A stretch of DNA of 64,000 bases, from positions 1 through 64,000 of the IMG/VR virus record IMGVR_UViG_3300005537_000001; one strand, 5' to 3'. The number at the start of each line of letters is the position of its first letter. Positions within the stretch are counted from its first letter, which is position 1. This document shows, in pieces, positions 54,720-63,643 of the stretch. The notes under the pieces were generated by a model. The model was not told the origin of the DNA. It did no database searches and saw nothing but the letters and a program-made list of their open reading frames with translations. Position numbers and translations under genes: made by a program.

Positions 54720-55067
54720 ATGGAAACAAAAGAAATTTCCGAATTCGCTGATCCTATTTTAGAAAAATTGGTCAACTCAATCTCCCCAATAGTAGAAAAA
54801 GTAGAAGTTAGCAACGAGCACGCCGTTTTAGTTCTTGGTGTTAAGCAGATTGATGACCAGGAACTTGGTGAGGGCGTCCAGACGTATTTTGCGGCGAGTG
54901 GATTCCTTTCATCTATAGCTGAAGGGCTGTACGCTGAATTGAGCGATCAAATTTCATCCGGCAACCCAGCTCTGTTTTCGGTCATTCGTCAGGTGATAAA
55001 TGACCTGGAAGAAGATTATGGAATAAGCAATGACGATCATGCCATCACCCGCCCAACCATCAATTGA
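54720..55067 (+). CDS. Acidic hypothetical protein
   Basis: Downstream of a promoter. Confidence 0.6.
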   Translation: METKEISEFADPILEKLVNSISPIVEKVEVSNEHAVLVLGVKQIDDQELGEGVQTYFAASGFLSSIAEGLYAELSDQISSGNPALFSVIRQVINDLEEDYGISNDDHAITRPTIN

Positions 55068-55068
55068 C

Positions 55069-55677
55069 ATGAATTACCGTCGAATTTATGAATCTATCAT
55101 TCAGCGTGCTAATTTACGAGCGCATGTTAGCGAGAATCAGAAACATCATATAATTCCACGACATCTTGGTGGAACAGATGATCCCGAAAATATCATTTCA
55201 CTAACGTTCAAAGAGCATTATCTTATTCACTATTTGCGTTGGAAAATTTTTGGTAGTGAAGATGATTTATCTGCATATAGAATGATGAGAGGCATTAAAA
55301 CCAGTGAAGCTCATAAATTTTTCGCTAGAAAAGGTGGGTACATAGGTGGTCAGAAAAATGCAGAATCTGGCTTATTTGATAGAATAAAAACTTTTGAGAG
55401 TATGTCGAAAGGTGGTAAAGCTGGAGCAGCTACTAATAAAAAGAATAAAGCTGGCGCATTTTTCGATAAGGAAGAACATAGACGAGTAGCTGCAATGGGT
55501 GGTCATGTAGTAGGACTCATGAATGTTGCATCGGGGCATCTTAAGCGTATATCTAAGCTTTCAAAGAGAAATACAGGAATGTTTTGGATAACTGATGGCC
55601 AATCATCTAAGATGACATCTGGGTTTATTCCAACTGGATGGAGAAGGGGTAGAATATGTAGGAGGATCCATGCCTAA
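55069..55677 (+). CDS. HNH homing endonuclease
   Basis: NY..IY..II..A...HHIIPRHLGGTDD.ENI..LT.KEH...H; AT-rich. Confidence 0.85.
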   Translation: MNYRRIYESIIQRANLRAHVSENQKHHIIPRHLGGTDDPENIISLTFKEHYLIHYLRWKIFGSEDDLSAYRMMRGIKTSEAHKFFARKGGYIGGQKNAESGLFDRIKTFESMSKGGKAGAATNKKNKAGAFFDKEEHRRVAAMGGHVVGLMNVASGHLKRISKLSKRNTGMFWITDGQSSKMTSGFIPTGWRRGRICRRIHA

Positions 55678-56098
55678 TCCAATAGCAATGGATAATCTAT
55701 ACATGGATATTGCTGAAAGACTTTCTATCATGTCCAAAGCGCGTCGATTAAAAGTTGGTGCTGTCGTTGTGAAGGGGGAAAACATAATCTCTATGGGTTG
55801 GAATGGTATGCCTAGAGGATATGATAATAACTGTGAAATTGAGAATCCAGATGGCACGCTAAGTACTAGACCAGAAGTGCTTCATGCGGAATATAATTCA
55901 GTTAGGAAATTAAAAGAAAATAACACTGATGGTCAATTAAATGGTGCTACGCTCTACTGTACACAATCTCCCTGTCATCATTGCACAGAAATAATCAAAG
56001 ATGCAAAGATAGCAAGAGTAGTTTATCGTCATGCTTATCGCGTAATCAATGGGATACAAGAATTAAGAGCGAATGGTATTCAGGTAGATCAAATCTAA
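55670..56098 (+). CDS. dCMP deaminase
   Basis: VGAVVV...GWNG.P, HAE, SPCHHC. Confidence 0.9.
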   Translation: MPNPIAMDNLYMDIAERLSIMSKARRLKVGAVVVKGENIISMGWNGMPRGYDNNCEIENPDGTLSTRPEVLHAEYNSVRKLKENNTDGQLNGATLYCTQSPCHHCTEIIKDAKIARVVYRHAYRVINGIQELRANGIQVDQI

Positions 56099-56100
56099 AT

Positions 56101-56129
56101 TGTACTTTTTCATCATCCTGGTGTATAAT
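56101..56129 (+). promoter_or_regulatory. Early promoter TGTACT-N17-TATAAT
   Basis: Exact match to the recurrent consensus. Confidence 0.7.
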
Positions 56130-56160
56130 ACATTCACTAATGTGAAATGAAGGAGATGAC

Positions 56161-56487
56161 ATGGGTATGGATTCAGAAGTTGTGACTCTTTCGCCAATCT
56201 CGCCAATCCTCTCGATTGATGAGAAGATGGAGGAAAAGCGCAAGTTAGCTCGCGACTACATAGCCGCGATTGGACCAAGAAAACGCACCAAGTTTGCTCT
56301 TCCCCGCGAGGAATTTACCCCGTCAAAGCGGGAACACGTCGAAACGTACAGGCGCTTTCTCGACACGGGTAGCTGGGGCAACATGCAGTTTCACATTGAA
56401 TATCCCTATCAATCTGTGGCTGAAACTGTCGTCAACAAGTTCGCTCTTTACGCAACATCCAAACTCTTATCACAGGAATCAACATGA
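56161..56487 (+). CDS. Hypothetical protein
   Basis: SD AAGGAG. Confidence 0.6.
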   Translation: MGMDSEVVTLSPISPILSIDEKMEEKRKLARDYIAAIGPRKRTKFALPREEFTPSKREHVETYRRFLDTGSWGNMQFHIEYPYQSVAETVVNKFALYATSKLLSQEST

Positions 56488-56987
56488 AAACTTTTATCGC
56501 AGCGGTGCTCATTCTAGCTGGAATAATTCTGGGTGTGGCCGAAACCAGAATTTCATATTTGTATTCAAACGCGATTGGCTCGTATTGGGCTTTGAGCGAA
56601 AAGGCATCAACGCTTCAGCAGAAATCCACATACCTAGATAAGTATGTGGCTGGATTGGAATCAGCAGAGCTTGCGCCGCATAACGCGATCATCTATCCGA
56701 CGCCAAACAACAGCGTGGAACAAAATCTGGTTGCGCTGAAGTCTCTTCAAGGTCGAATGCACCAAATCCAAGGAATGGATGAGCAGTCCTTCGCGTATCA
56801 AACTGCTATTCAACAGATTACAGCCCAGGAACAAGGTGAAGCTCATCAGCTGACTGAAACGTTTGAGGGTGCGTGGTTGCTGGCAAATCACCCCATATTT
56901 TGGGGTTGGATTAATGGGTTGATTTGGGTGTTCATCATCGTTCCCCTTGTTGGTCTCGGCATCAAAGGACTGGTTGATATCACATAG
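56484..56987 (+). CDS. Membrane protein with N- and C-terminal TM segments
   Basis: Hydrophobic ends and a helical middle. Confidence 0.6.
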   Translation: MKTFIAAVLILAGIILGVAETRISYLYSNAIGSYWALSEKASTLQQKSTYLDKYVAGLESAELAPHNAIIYPTPNNSVEQNLVALKSLQGRMHQIQGMDEQSFAYQTAIQQITAQEQGEAHQLTETFEGAWLLANHPIFWGWINGLIWVFIIVPLVGLGIKGLVDIT

Positions 56988-57526
56988 TGAAAACCGAGCT
57001 CAAAGACAGAACGCTTTGGTTCGATGGGACCAGCCAGGTATCCCCTGAGCTGGTCCCAGAGCTTTTGATCGAGGGATTGCTGCCGATGAACATCGTCGTA
57101 ACGGAAACCAACGACGATATCAACGCGTTCAACGCTCTGGTAGATGATGTGATCCAAATAGCTAAGGATAAAAATCGACCCTTCGACATGAGCTATCGAA
57201 TACCCAAAAAATATCAAGAGCTGGATTGGGAAGATGAGCTCATCGAGGACCTGTGGGTTTACATCAACTCGCAGAAAATTCCAGAGCAGCTGCACGCGAC
57301 ATATACTCGGCGGCTTGAGGAAGAAATCAAGGAGATCCAAGTTCGGGGAATGTCGATGCTGATCAAGACGCTCATGTACGTCGTTGATACTTTTGAGAAA
57401 AAAGAAATAGTTTGGGGCGTCGGTAGAGGATCATCCTGTGCATCGCTTGCGCTGTGCGTCTTAGGTCTCCACAAGGTTGATCCTATCAGGTTCAACATAC
57501 CGATGACCGAATTTTTTCACGATTAG
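56987..57526 (+). CDS. Stand-alone fragment of DNA polymerase III alpha (DnaE)
   Basis: RLEEEI...WGVGRGSSCASL...LGLHKVDPIRFNI...F; ends before the PDxDxD catalytic motif. Confidence 0.75.
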   Translation: MKTELKDRTLWFDGTSQVSPELVPELLIEGLLPMNIVVTETNDDINAFNALVDDVIQIAKDKNRPFDMSYRIPKKYQELDWEDELIEDLWVYINSQKIPEQLHATYTRRLEEEIKEIQVRGMSMLIKTLMYVVDTFEKKEIVWGVGRGSSCASLALCVLGLHKVDPIRFNIPMTEFFHD

Positions 57527-57626
57527 CTTGTTTTGCGATCAGTAACTGGCCGGAGCCCTGATAAATAAATTGCGCACAGCACAACTTCATATTTATCCTG
57601 TAATCAATTTCCGGAGATTATTCCTA

Positions 57627-57926
57627 ATGGCCAAACAAGCACGTTCCGCCCGCGGCAACATAGTTGACTTTGATCTGCTAGCGATCAAGCAGCAGCTGGC
57701 AACCCAACCGGTTCCAGTTGGTGTGAGTCAGCGCCGCAAGTTCATTGACGAGAAGGATGGCATCAAGCATCGCAACCAGGAGAACTACATCGTTACTCCA
57801 CCACCCGTAACAAAATCGCCTCAAGCTGAAGCACCAATCGATACCGGTACTTCGGCGTTGGATCTCGGTAGGGCTGCAGCTGAAGCTTCAGCCACCGCTG
57901 GCGAAAAACACAAATCTAAAAAGTAA
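57627..57926 (+). CDS. Hypothetical protein (MAKQARSARGNIVDFD...)
   Basis: Late promoter ATAAATA at 57561-57567 upstream; SD GGAG. Confidence 0.6.
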   Translation: MAKQARSARGNIVDFDLLAIKQQLATQPVPVGVSQRRKFIDEKDGIKHRNQENYIVTPPPVTKSPQAEAPIDTGTSALDLGRAAAEASATAGEKHKSKK

Positions 57927-57952
57927 TTCTCATACGATAAGGAATAAAGAAT

Positions 57953-58294
57953 ATGGCGCTTCGCCCACTCGGCAATACCTTTCTGTTTGCATTTCTCAAC
58001 GAGACAAACGGCAAATCCTTCGTTCCAAAAAACAAAGGTCGCATCATTCTAACATCCCATGCGAAGGGCGATCTTCGTGGGCAAGGTGAGTACGCTCGTT
58101 GGGCTAAGGTGTTGGCAATTGGCCCGCTAGTTACCGATTTCAAAAATGGTGACATCGTGCTTATCGAGAAGCTTAAGTGGACTATCGGGTTTGAGCACGA
58201 TGGTATTCAAATTTGGAAGTCAGATCAAGATCAAGTGCTCGCGCTTGGAGATGATGAGTCGGTCGCCTACGACTACAACTACGATTATTCCTAA
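57953..58294 (+). CDS. groES: Co-chaperonin GroES-like (T4 gp31 role)
   Basis: LRPLG...; GRIIL mobile loop; KVLAIGP...K.GD.VL. Confidence 0.75.
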   Translation: MALRPLGNTFLFAFLNETNGKSFVPKNKGRIILTSHAKGDLRGQGEYARWAKVLAIGPLVTDFKNGDIVLIEKLKWTIGFEHDGIQIWKSDQDQVLALGDDESVAYDYNYDYS

Positions 58295-58507
58295 ATGAAG
58301 CGTTTCTACATAAAGCCGATGTTTTGGCTTACTCCGTTGAAAACCATTCACAAGCATCAAAAGCGCGTTCTCCTTGTGCGGGCGCGGAGCGCCGATGGTT
58401 CATCCCCTGGGTGGCATTTGTGGTTTTACACTTATCCAAATGGTGTGCAACAAGGTCGATTTCTAGCTATCATGGGTCGATGGGTTTCAAGTGAGAAGCT
58501 AGCATGA
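58295..58507 (+). CDS. Hypothetical protein
   Basis: Abuts the upstream stop. Confidence 0.45.
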   Translation: MKRFYIKPMFWLTPLKTIHKHQKRVLLVRARSADGSSPGWHLWFYTYPNGVQQGRFLAIMGRWVSSEKLA

Positions 58508-58611
58508 TGGCTATTTGGGAAGGATTTTGTAACGCGCATAAATTAACGGTGGCGATAATTATGGCAATACCTACGGTGATTTCTTCTTTCATAAAGCGGG
58601 AGGAACGATGA
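58504..58611 (+). CDS. 35-aa peptide (MMAIWEGFC...)
   Basis: ATGA overlaps at both ends. Confidence 0.45.
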   Translation: MMAIWEGFCNAHKLTVAIIMAIPTVISSFIKREER

Positions 58612-58988
58612 TATCTGCAACTCTTTGTCTAAGCACGCTTCTCATCCTAGTTTGGACCCATCTTTTTGCAGACTTTTTCCTGCAGACAGACAAGATGGCT
58701 ATCAGCAAGAGCTCTTCTAACGCGTGGCTTTCTGTTCACGTTAGCGCGTACATCATTCCATTTCTTATTCTTTGTGGATGGAAATTTGCAGCTGTAAATT
58801 TCGTAGCCCACTGGCTAACCGACTTTTTCTCATCGCGCGCTACAACTAAGCTGTGGAAGCTAGGAGAGGCAGCTAACGCAGCAAAGCAACCAAATTCATA
58901 TCGTCATTGGTTCTTCACGGTAATAGGAGTTGATCAAGCTCTCCACATGACTGCTCTTATCTTGACAATTCCACTGATAGGATGGTAA
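58608..58988 (+). CDS. DUF3307-like membrane protein
   Basis: HLFADFFLQ, HVSAY, HWLTD, GVDQALH. Confidence 0.8.
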   Translation: MISATLCLSTLLILVWTHLFADFFLQTDKMAISKSSSNAWLSVHVSAYIIPFLILCGWKFAAVNFVAHWLTDFFSSRATTKLWKLGEAANAAKQPNSYRHWFFTVIGVDQALHMTALILTIPLIGW

Positions 58989-58990
58989 AA

Positions 58991-59347
58991 ATGAAACTTC
59001 ATCAACTTGTTGAAGCTGCGACACGCAAACAAGTCGCATCAGCCAAAAAAGTTATCTATGATTCTCTTCTTTGGCGAGTTAGCAGCTCACTACCTAGATA
59101 TTTTGACGTGGATGGTAAGCGAACAGAACGCACGCTTGATAATGGTGGTGTCAATGAAAAACAGGTAATGACTGAGTTTCTGAAATATCTCAGAAATATA
59201 AACAAAAGCGGTTCTGAGTGGAGCATGGACTTTGGGACAGATAGGTTAAAAACAGCGACAAAAATCCTAAAGGCCTGCAGGATTCTGGGATTCAATTCTA
59301 CTGAATTAGACGCAATCGAAAAATCAATCGCCCCTAAGGGAAAATAA
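58991..59347 (+). CDS. Hypothetical protein (MKLHQLVEAAT...)
   Basis: CTS-like start; lies within the repeat-flanked unit. Confidence 0.6.
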   Translation: MKLHQLVEAATRKQVASAKKVIYDSLLWRVSSSLPRYFDVDGKRTERTLDNGGVNEKQVMTEFLKYLRNINKSGSEWSMDFGTDRLKTATKILKACRILGFNSTELDAIEKSIAPKGK

Positions 59348-59406
59348 ATGCTGTTTATTCTTCTTGTGCTCCTTACGATTCCGCTCATAGGATGGTAAAA
59401 ATGAAA
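59348..59406 (+). repeat. Chimeric duplication: 59348-59374 copies 59649-59675, and 59375-59406 copies 58965-58996; encodes mini-ORF MLFILLVLLTIPLIGW (59348-59398)
   Basis: 25/27 and 29/32 identity by direct comparison. Confidence 0.85.
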
Positions 59407-59649
59407 GAAAATAGAATTAAAGGTGAAATGGATCCGCGTGAAGCTTTGGAACAAGCAATTTGTAACGGATATGCTCTCGATGCCAGCCACACTAAGAAGC
59501 CAGGCTATATTGTAGAGCACATGTCAGGACATGCTAGGGAGGCGCTTAAGCGTCTATCCTCAAAGGATGTATCACAACAGCGCCGTGGAATTATGCATGA
59601 AACTTTCACCCCACGCCGCCGGCGAACTGTACGATTAGGTACGATTTAA
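59401..59649 (+). CDS. Hypothetical protein
   Basis: Same AGGATGGTAAAA-ATGAAA start context as 58991. Confidence 0.5.
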   Translation: MKENRIKGEMDPREALEQAICNGYALDASHTKKPGYIVEHMSGHAREALKRLSSKDVSQQRRGIMHETFTPRRRRTVRLGTI

Positions 59650-60860
59650 TGCTCTTTATTCTTCTTGTACTCCTTTCAGCTTTCCTCATTGAAGGTATCG
59701 GCACCTACGTTTCGGTTGTAGGTTTATCCGCGCTGTTCGCCGCAAATCCAGTCATCATTGTTCTAGCAATAGCGCTAGACCTTGGAAAGGTTGTGGGAGT
59801 TTCATTTCTCTACAAGTACTTCAAGAAGATAAATGTCGTGATGAAATCCTACATGACGGCTGCTGTAGTTACGCTGATGTTAATCACGTCAGCTGGCGCG
59901 TTTGGTTATTTGAGCAAAGAATTCCAAAAAGCTATCCAGGGAACAAATCAAAACACCATTCTAGTTCAATCTTTGCAGGACGAGCAGGTGCGCCTGCAGC
60001 ACCGCAAGGAAGAAATTGACGCGCAGATCGCCAAACTTCCGGATAACGTAATTCGAGGAAGAAAGCAGCTCATTCAACAGTTCGCGCCAGAGCAAGATAA
60101 AATTACCGCGCGTCTCGGTGAAATCGACAAGCAGCTGCCCCAGCTTAAAATTGATTCAATTACCAAGAACACCGACGTAGGCCCAATCATCTACATAGCC
60201 CAAGCGTTCAATACCGATCCAGAACACGCGGTAAAGTGGGTAATCTTTATCATTATCTTCGTGTTCGACCCCTTGGCAATTTCACTGCTGCTAGCTGGAA
60301 ATTATCTCATCGATGAGCGCGAAAAGCGAAAGCTGGCGCAGGCGAAGCATTCATCTCCGCTAAGTCAATACGGATTTGACGAGAGCGATATCGAAGATGA
60401 ACAACCACTTCCAGCTAAACAAAGTATGATAGCTACTGATTATCCAGAACTTCCAGAGCAAAAATCATACCAGCTACCTGAACCAAGATCATATCCACCG
60501 ATGCCATCTGTACCTCCTCCCAAACCAGAGGGCATGATTCCTGTAGATGAAAGTCCAGTTGTAATCGGTCCTCCAGCTCCGCTTCCTACACCAGAGGAGC
60601 TGCATGAAGCTCTTGGTCGCGAGCGCTACGTTGAACCGGCCGTAGATGAGCTTGATCACTTAACCCACGAAGATCTCGGTCGCCAGAAACCAAATGATGT
60701 GGAATTTCAACAGCCTCAAAGCGGCAGAGTTTTACCAGCTACGAAGCCACGTGAAGTCATCACGAAAGATCAAATCACTCAGCCTGCAAAATCCCAGCTA
60801 GAAAATTCAGCGATACGTGATCAGGAAACGGATGTTGGCTTAGGTGTGAAGGTTCGCTGA
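59649..60860 (+). CDS. Membrane protein with a coiled coil and a Pro-rich acidic tail
   Basis: Three N-terminal TMs (SVVGL.ALF...LMLITS.G.FG.LS), coiled coil, FVFDPLA TM. Confidence 0.7.
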   Translation: MLFILLVLLSAFLIEGIGTYVSVVGLSALFAANPVIIVLAIALDLGKVVGVSFLYKYFKKINVVMKSYMTAAVVTLMLITSAGAFGYLSKEFQKAIQGTNQNTILVQSLQDEQVRLQHRKEEIDAQIAKLPDNVIRGRKQLIQQFAPEQDKITARLGEIDKQLPQLKIDSITKNTDVGPIIYIAQAFNTDPEHAVKWVIFIIIFVFDPLAISLLLAGNYLIDEREKRKLAQAKHSSPLSQYGFDESDIEDEQPLPAKQSMIATDYPELPEQKSYQLPEPRSYPPMPSVPPPKPEGMIPVDESPVVIGPPAPLPTPEELHEALGRERYVEPAVDELDHLTHEDLGRQKPNDVEFQQPQSGRVLPATKPREVITKDQITQPAKSQLENSAIRDQETDVGLGVKVR

Positions 60861-60866
60861 TTAACG

Positions 60867-60895
60867 TTTACTACCTGGATTTATCTGTGTATAAT
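60867..60895 (+). promoter_or_regulatory. Early/middle promoter TTTACT-N17-TATAAT
   Basis: Matches the recurrent consensus. Confidence 0.7.
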
Positions 60896-60931
60896 TGGCT
60901 TCTGAAGCCCTGAATTATTCCAAAGGATTCT

Positions 60932-61852
60932 ATGAATCACAAAACATCAATCTGGGTAGAAAAATACCGTCCAAAAACAATTTCAGAGGTCATCTTTCAA
61001 GATGACCGACAGCGCAAGCTGTTTGAAGCTTTTGTTGCAAATCAAGATATCCCCAACCTTCTTCTCTCTGGATCACGCGGCACCGGAAAGACTTCAGTAT
61101 CAAAGGCGCTCATTCGCGATCTAGGTATAGATTCCGCCGATGTTCTCAAGATAAATTGCTCCAAGGATAAAGTTGACGCGATGCGCAACGAGGTTGACGC
61201 GTTCGCCATGACGATGCCGATGGGTAAATTTAAGGTCGTGCAGCTTGAAGAGTTGGATGGCATGTCGCATGAAGGTCAGAAGCTTCTTCGCAGCACCATC
61301 GAGGACACATCAGCTTCTTGTCGATTTATCGCAACGTGCAATTATGCCAACAAGATTCTACCACCGCTTGAGGATCGATTTCAACATTTCTTCTTTCGAG
61401 CTCCAGATAAGGAAAAAATAGCTCTTCGCATGGCCGACATGCTGGAAAAGGAAAAGATTGAATTCGACGTAGAACACCTGATAACCTACATTGACGTTGG
61501 ATATCCAAGCATTAGGCAGATAATTCAGCTGCTTCAGCAAAATTCTCATGGTAGAGCTTTACTGTCTCCCAAGAATGCAGCTACATCGGTTTCAGAATGG
61601 AAATTTAGTTTGCTCGATATGATTTCATCTGGTAACTTCAAGGCCGCTCGCAAGCTAGTCTGCGAGAATGCATCTCGTGAGGAGCACGGTGATGTGTTCA
61701 CGTTCCTTTACCAAAACATCGATAAGCTGAAAGTGAAGGACAAGGATGCGGCGGTGATTGAAATTGCAGCGTACGCGCGTCACCACGCGCTGGTGGACGA
61801 TACGGAACTGAACCTCGCGGCGCTCTTCATTGAGCTAGGAAAATTAGCATGA
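60932..61852 (+). CDS. Clamp loader ATPase subunit (T4 gp44 / RFC-like)
   Basis: WVEKYRPKTI, LLLSGSRGTGKT, EELD, Q.LLR..IE, CNY. Confidence 0.92.
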   Translation: MNHKTSIWVEKYRPKTISEVIFQDDRQRKLFEAFVANQDIPNLLLSGSRGTGKTSVSKALIRDLGIDSADVLKINCSKDKVDAMRNEVDAFAMTMPMGKFKVVQLEELDGMSHEGQKLLRSTIEDTSASCRFIATCNYANKILPPLEDRFQHFFFRAPDKEKIALRMADMLEKEKIEFDVEHLITYIDVGYPSIRQIIQLLQQNSHGRALLSPKNAATSVSEWKFSLLDMISSGNFKAARKLVCENASREEHGDVFTFLYQNIDKLKVKDKDAAVIEIAAYARHHALVDDTELNLAALFIELGKLA

Positions 61853-62145
61853 CCGTACAAATTCCAGATGGTGTAGAAATTCCTGATCTTCGGTTATCTC
61901 CGGAAGAATCTCGCAAGATTATGGATGAGAATACACCTACAGCTGCAGAAGTACACGCGTTTCACATCAACATGACTTGGTCGTGGAAGGGTTGTGGATT
62001 CGGTGAGCTCTGGATTCGACAGAATGACGATGGTACATTCTCGTACGACACCGAGTGCATGGGGGCAAAATCAGTCCGCAAGTTTCTTCACGCGCTGGCT
62101 GACAAGATTGCAGATGATCTCGTAAAGCAGGGTGCGTTCAAGTGA
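61849..62145 (+). CDS. Hypothetical protein
   Basis: ATGA overlap; WKGCGFGEL motif. Confidence 0.55.
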   Translation: MTVQIPDGVEIPDLRLSPEESRKIMDENTPTAAEVHAFHINMTWSWKGCGFGELWIRQNDDGTFSYDTECMGAKSVRKFLHALADKIADDLVKQGAFK

Positions 62146-62522
62146 AGCTTAACCACGAATACGCACCAGCTGGACATGGTTGCACCTGTCCTTGTCACGG
62201 TGGTGCTCAGCTGTTTGAATACTTGCCGTGCTGCAAGTATGAAGGCATGCTTAATTCACCAACCGAAGATAAAGTAAAACTGTCAGATGATGACTGGCAG
62301 AATAACGTTAAAAATTCTGCAGACTTTCTTAGCGGTCTTATCCCACTGGTGAGGAAAATGAATCCTCAACGAATTGCCGAAGATATCTGCGACGTTCAGC
62401 CAATGCCGAATGATCTCATGAAGCGCACGATGGAAGCTGCTAAGGATGAGAAATGGCTAATCGAAAATGGATATGAGCCAGTCTCTCACCACCGCCTCAT
62501 GTGGACTAAGAAACATGATTAG
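62142..62522 (+). CDS. Hypothetical protein with a Cys-rich N-terminus
   Basis: CTCPCH...CC. Confidence 0.55.
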   Translation: MKLNHEYAPAGHGCTCPCHGGAQLFEYLPCCKYEGMLNSPTEDKVKLSDDDWQNNVKNSADFLSGLIPLVRKMNPQRIAEDICDVQPMPNDLMKRTMEAAKDEKWLIENGYEPVSHHRLMWTKKHD

Positions 62523-62760
62523 CTTTGACATCACGGACAAGTCTGTCACGTTCGACCGCGATCACTACTGCAAGCATCGTGAAATTTATGAGCGGTGCAC
62601 TCAAGATTTCGGTAGCTCAATCGATTTAAACCCGCGGTGGAAGTGGCAGCAAATTTTTGGCTATACGACTATCTGGTTTAATAGCTTAGAAGATTATCGA
62701 GCATTCAGTAAGTGGGTTAGGAAAAACAGAAAATCACTCGTTTACAATGAAGCCATTTAA
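62515..62760 (+). CDS. Hypothetical protein
   Basis: Chain of overlapping ORFs. Confidence 0.5.
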   Translation: MISFDITDKSVTFDRDHYCKHREIYERCTQDFGSSIDLNPRWKWQQIFGYTTIWFNSLEDYRAFSKWVRKNRKSLVYNEAI

Positions 62761-62860
62761 CATCTGGGAAAGAATTCTCTGGGGATTAATCCTCACCGTA
62801 GGAATCCCACTAAATTGGGTTGTGAGAAATATCAGGAAATTTTTCAAGGCGAAAGCATGA
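62747..62860 (+). CDS. 37-aa single-TM peptide (MKPFNIWERIL...)
   Basis: Fills the gap; ATGA overlap with the next gene. Confidence 0.45.
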   Translation: MKPFNIWERILWGLILTVGIPLNWVVRNIRKFFKAKA

Positions 62861-63180
62861 AGTTTACGATACAAGATCTCAAAAATGCCGTCGAAGGTGA
62901 GCTAGGTGAAGCTACCTACGATACATCTATGTGGTTGGTAAATGCATCCGCGCATGTAGAATTCCCCATGACAGAAAAGGAAATCATTGAGGTTGGACGG
63001 AAGCTGGGAGCTTCCGGGGCGCTGACCATGTGGGATAACAGGTGTCTAGAAGAAAAAACAACTTATCATGAGCCAGAAAATGTTGTCTTTTTCATGGGCC
63101 CGAAGGAATATTTGTGGTGGGCGCGGGAGAGACTTGAGCATGGTGGCATCGTTAGTGTTGTTCCGCTAGATGGCGTTTAA
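62857..63180 (+). CDS. Hypothetical protein
   Basis: Chain of overlapping ORFs. Confidence 0.5.
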   Translation: MKFTIQDLKNAVEGELGEATYDTSMWLVNASAHVEFPMTEKEIIEVGRKLGASGALTMWDNRCLEEKTTYHEPENVVFFMGPKEYLWWARERLEHGGIVSVVPLDGV

Positions 63181-63643
63181 ACTCGACATTTTTGAACTTT
63201 TGGGAAAGCTGAACAGCCCTCACAGCGGGGATATCTATTCAAAGCTTACCGAGGAAGAGAAGAAAGGGTTCGCGCCGCTTGTCGTAATGCGCTGGTTGTC
63301 TGGAACATCCGACAAGCGGCAAATAATGATGCTCAACGAATTTGTCAACCCATACATCTTCGCCTTGGGCAAGCACCCCCACCTGCTGATGCAGCTCCTA
63401 CAGGTTGCTTCGTCCAAGACGGGTGGTCGAAACAACTGGTTGGGCATCAAGAGCAAGAAGAAAAATGTGGAGGCGCTGAAGGTAGTTGGGGAATATTTCG
63501 AGATGTCCGAGCGTGAAGCTAGAACGCTAAACCCATTCCCGTCAGATCAAGAAATCTTCGAGATGGCTGAAGAGCTTGGATGGCAAAAAGACGAGCTTAC
63601 CAAGCTCAAGAAGGAGTTGAAAGATGCAAATACTGCAGCATGA
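63170..63643 (+). CDS. Clamp loader small subunit, gp62-like
   Basis: F.P..VMRWLS....Q....NE..N...HP.L...; proximity to the gp44-like gene. Confidence 0.6.
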   Translation: MAFKLDIFELLGKLNSPHSGDIYSKLTEEEKKGFAPLVVMRWLSGTSDKRQIMMLNEFVNPYIFALGKHPHLLMQLLQVASSKTGGRNNWLGIKSKKKNVEALKVVGEYFEMSEREARTLNPFPSDQEIFEMAEELGWQKDELTKLKKELKDANTAA

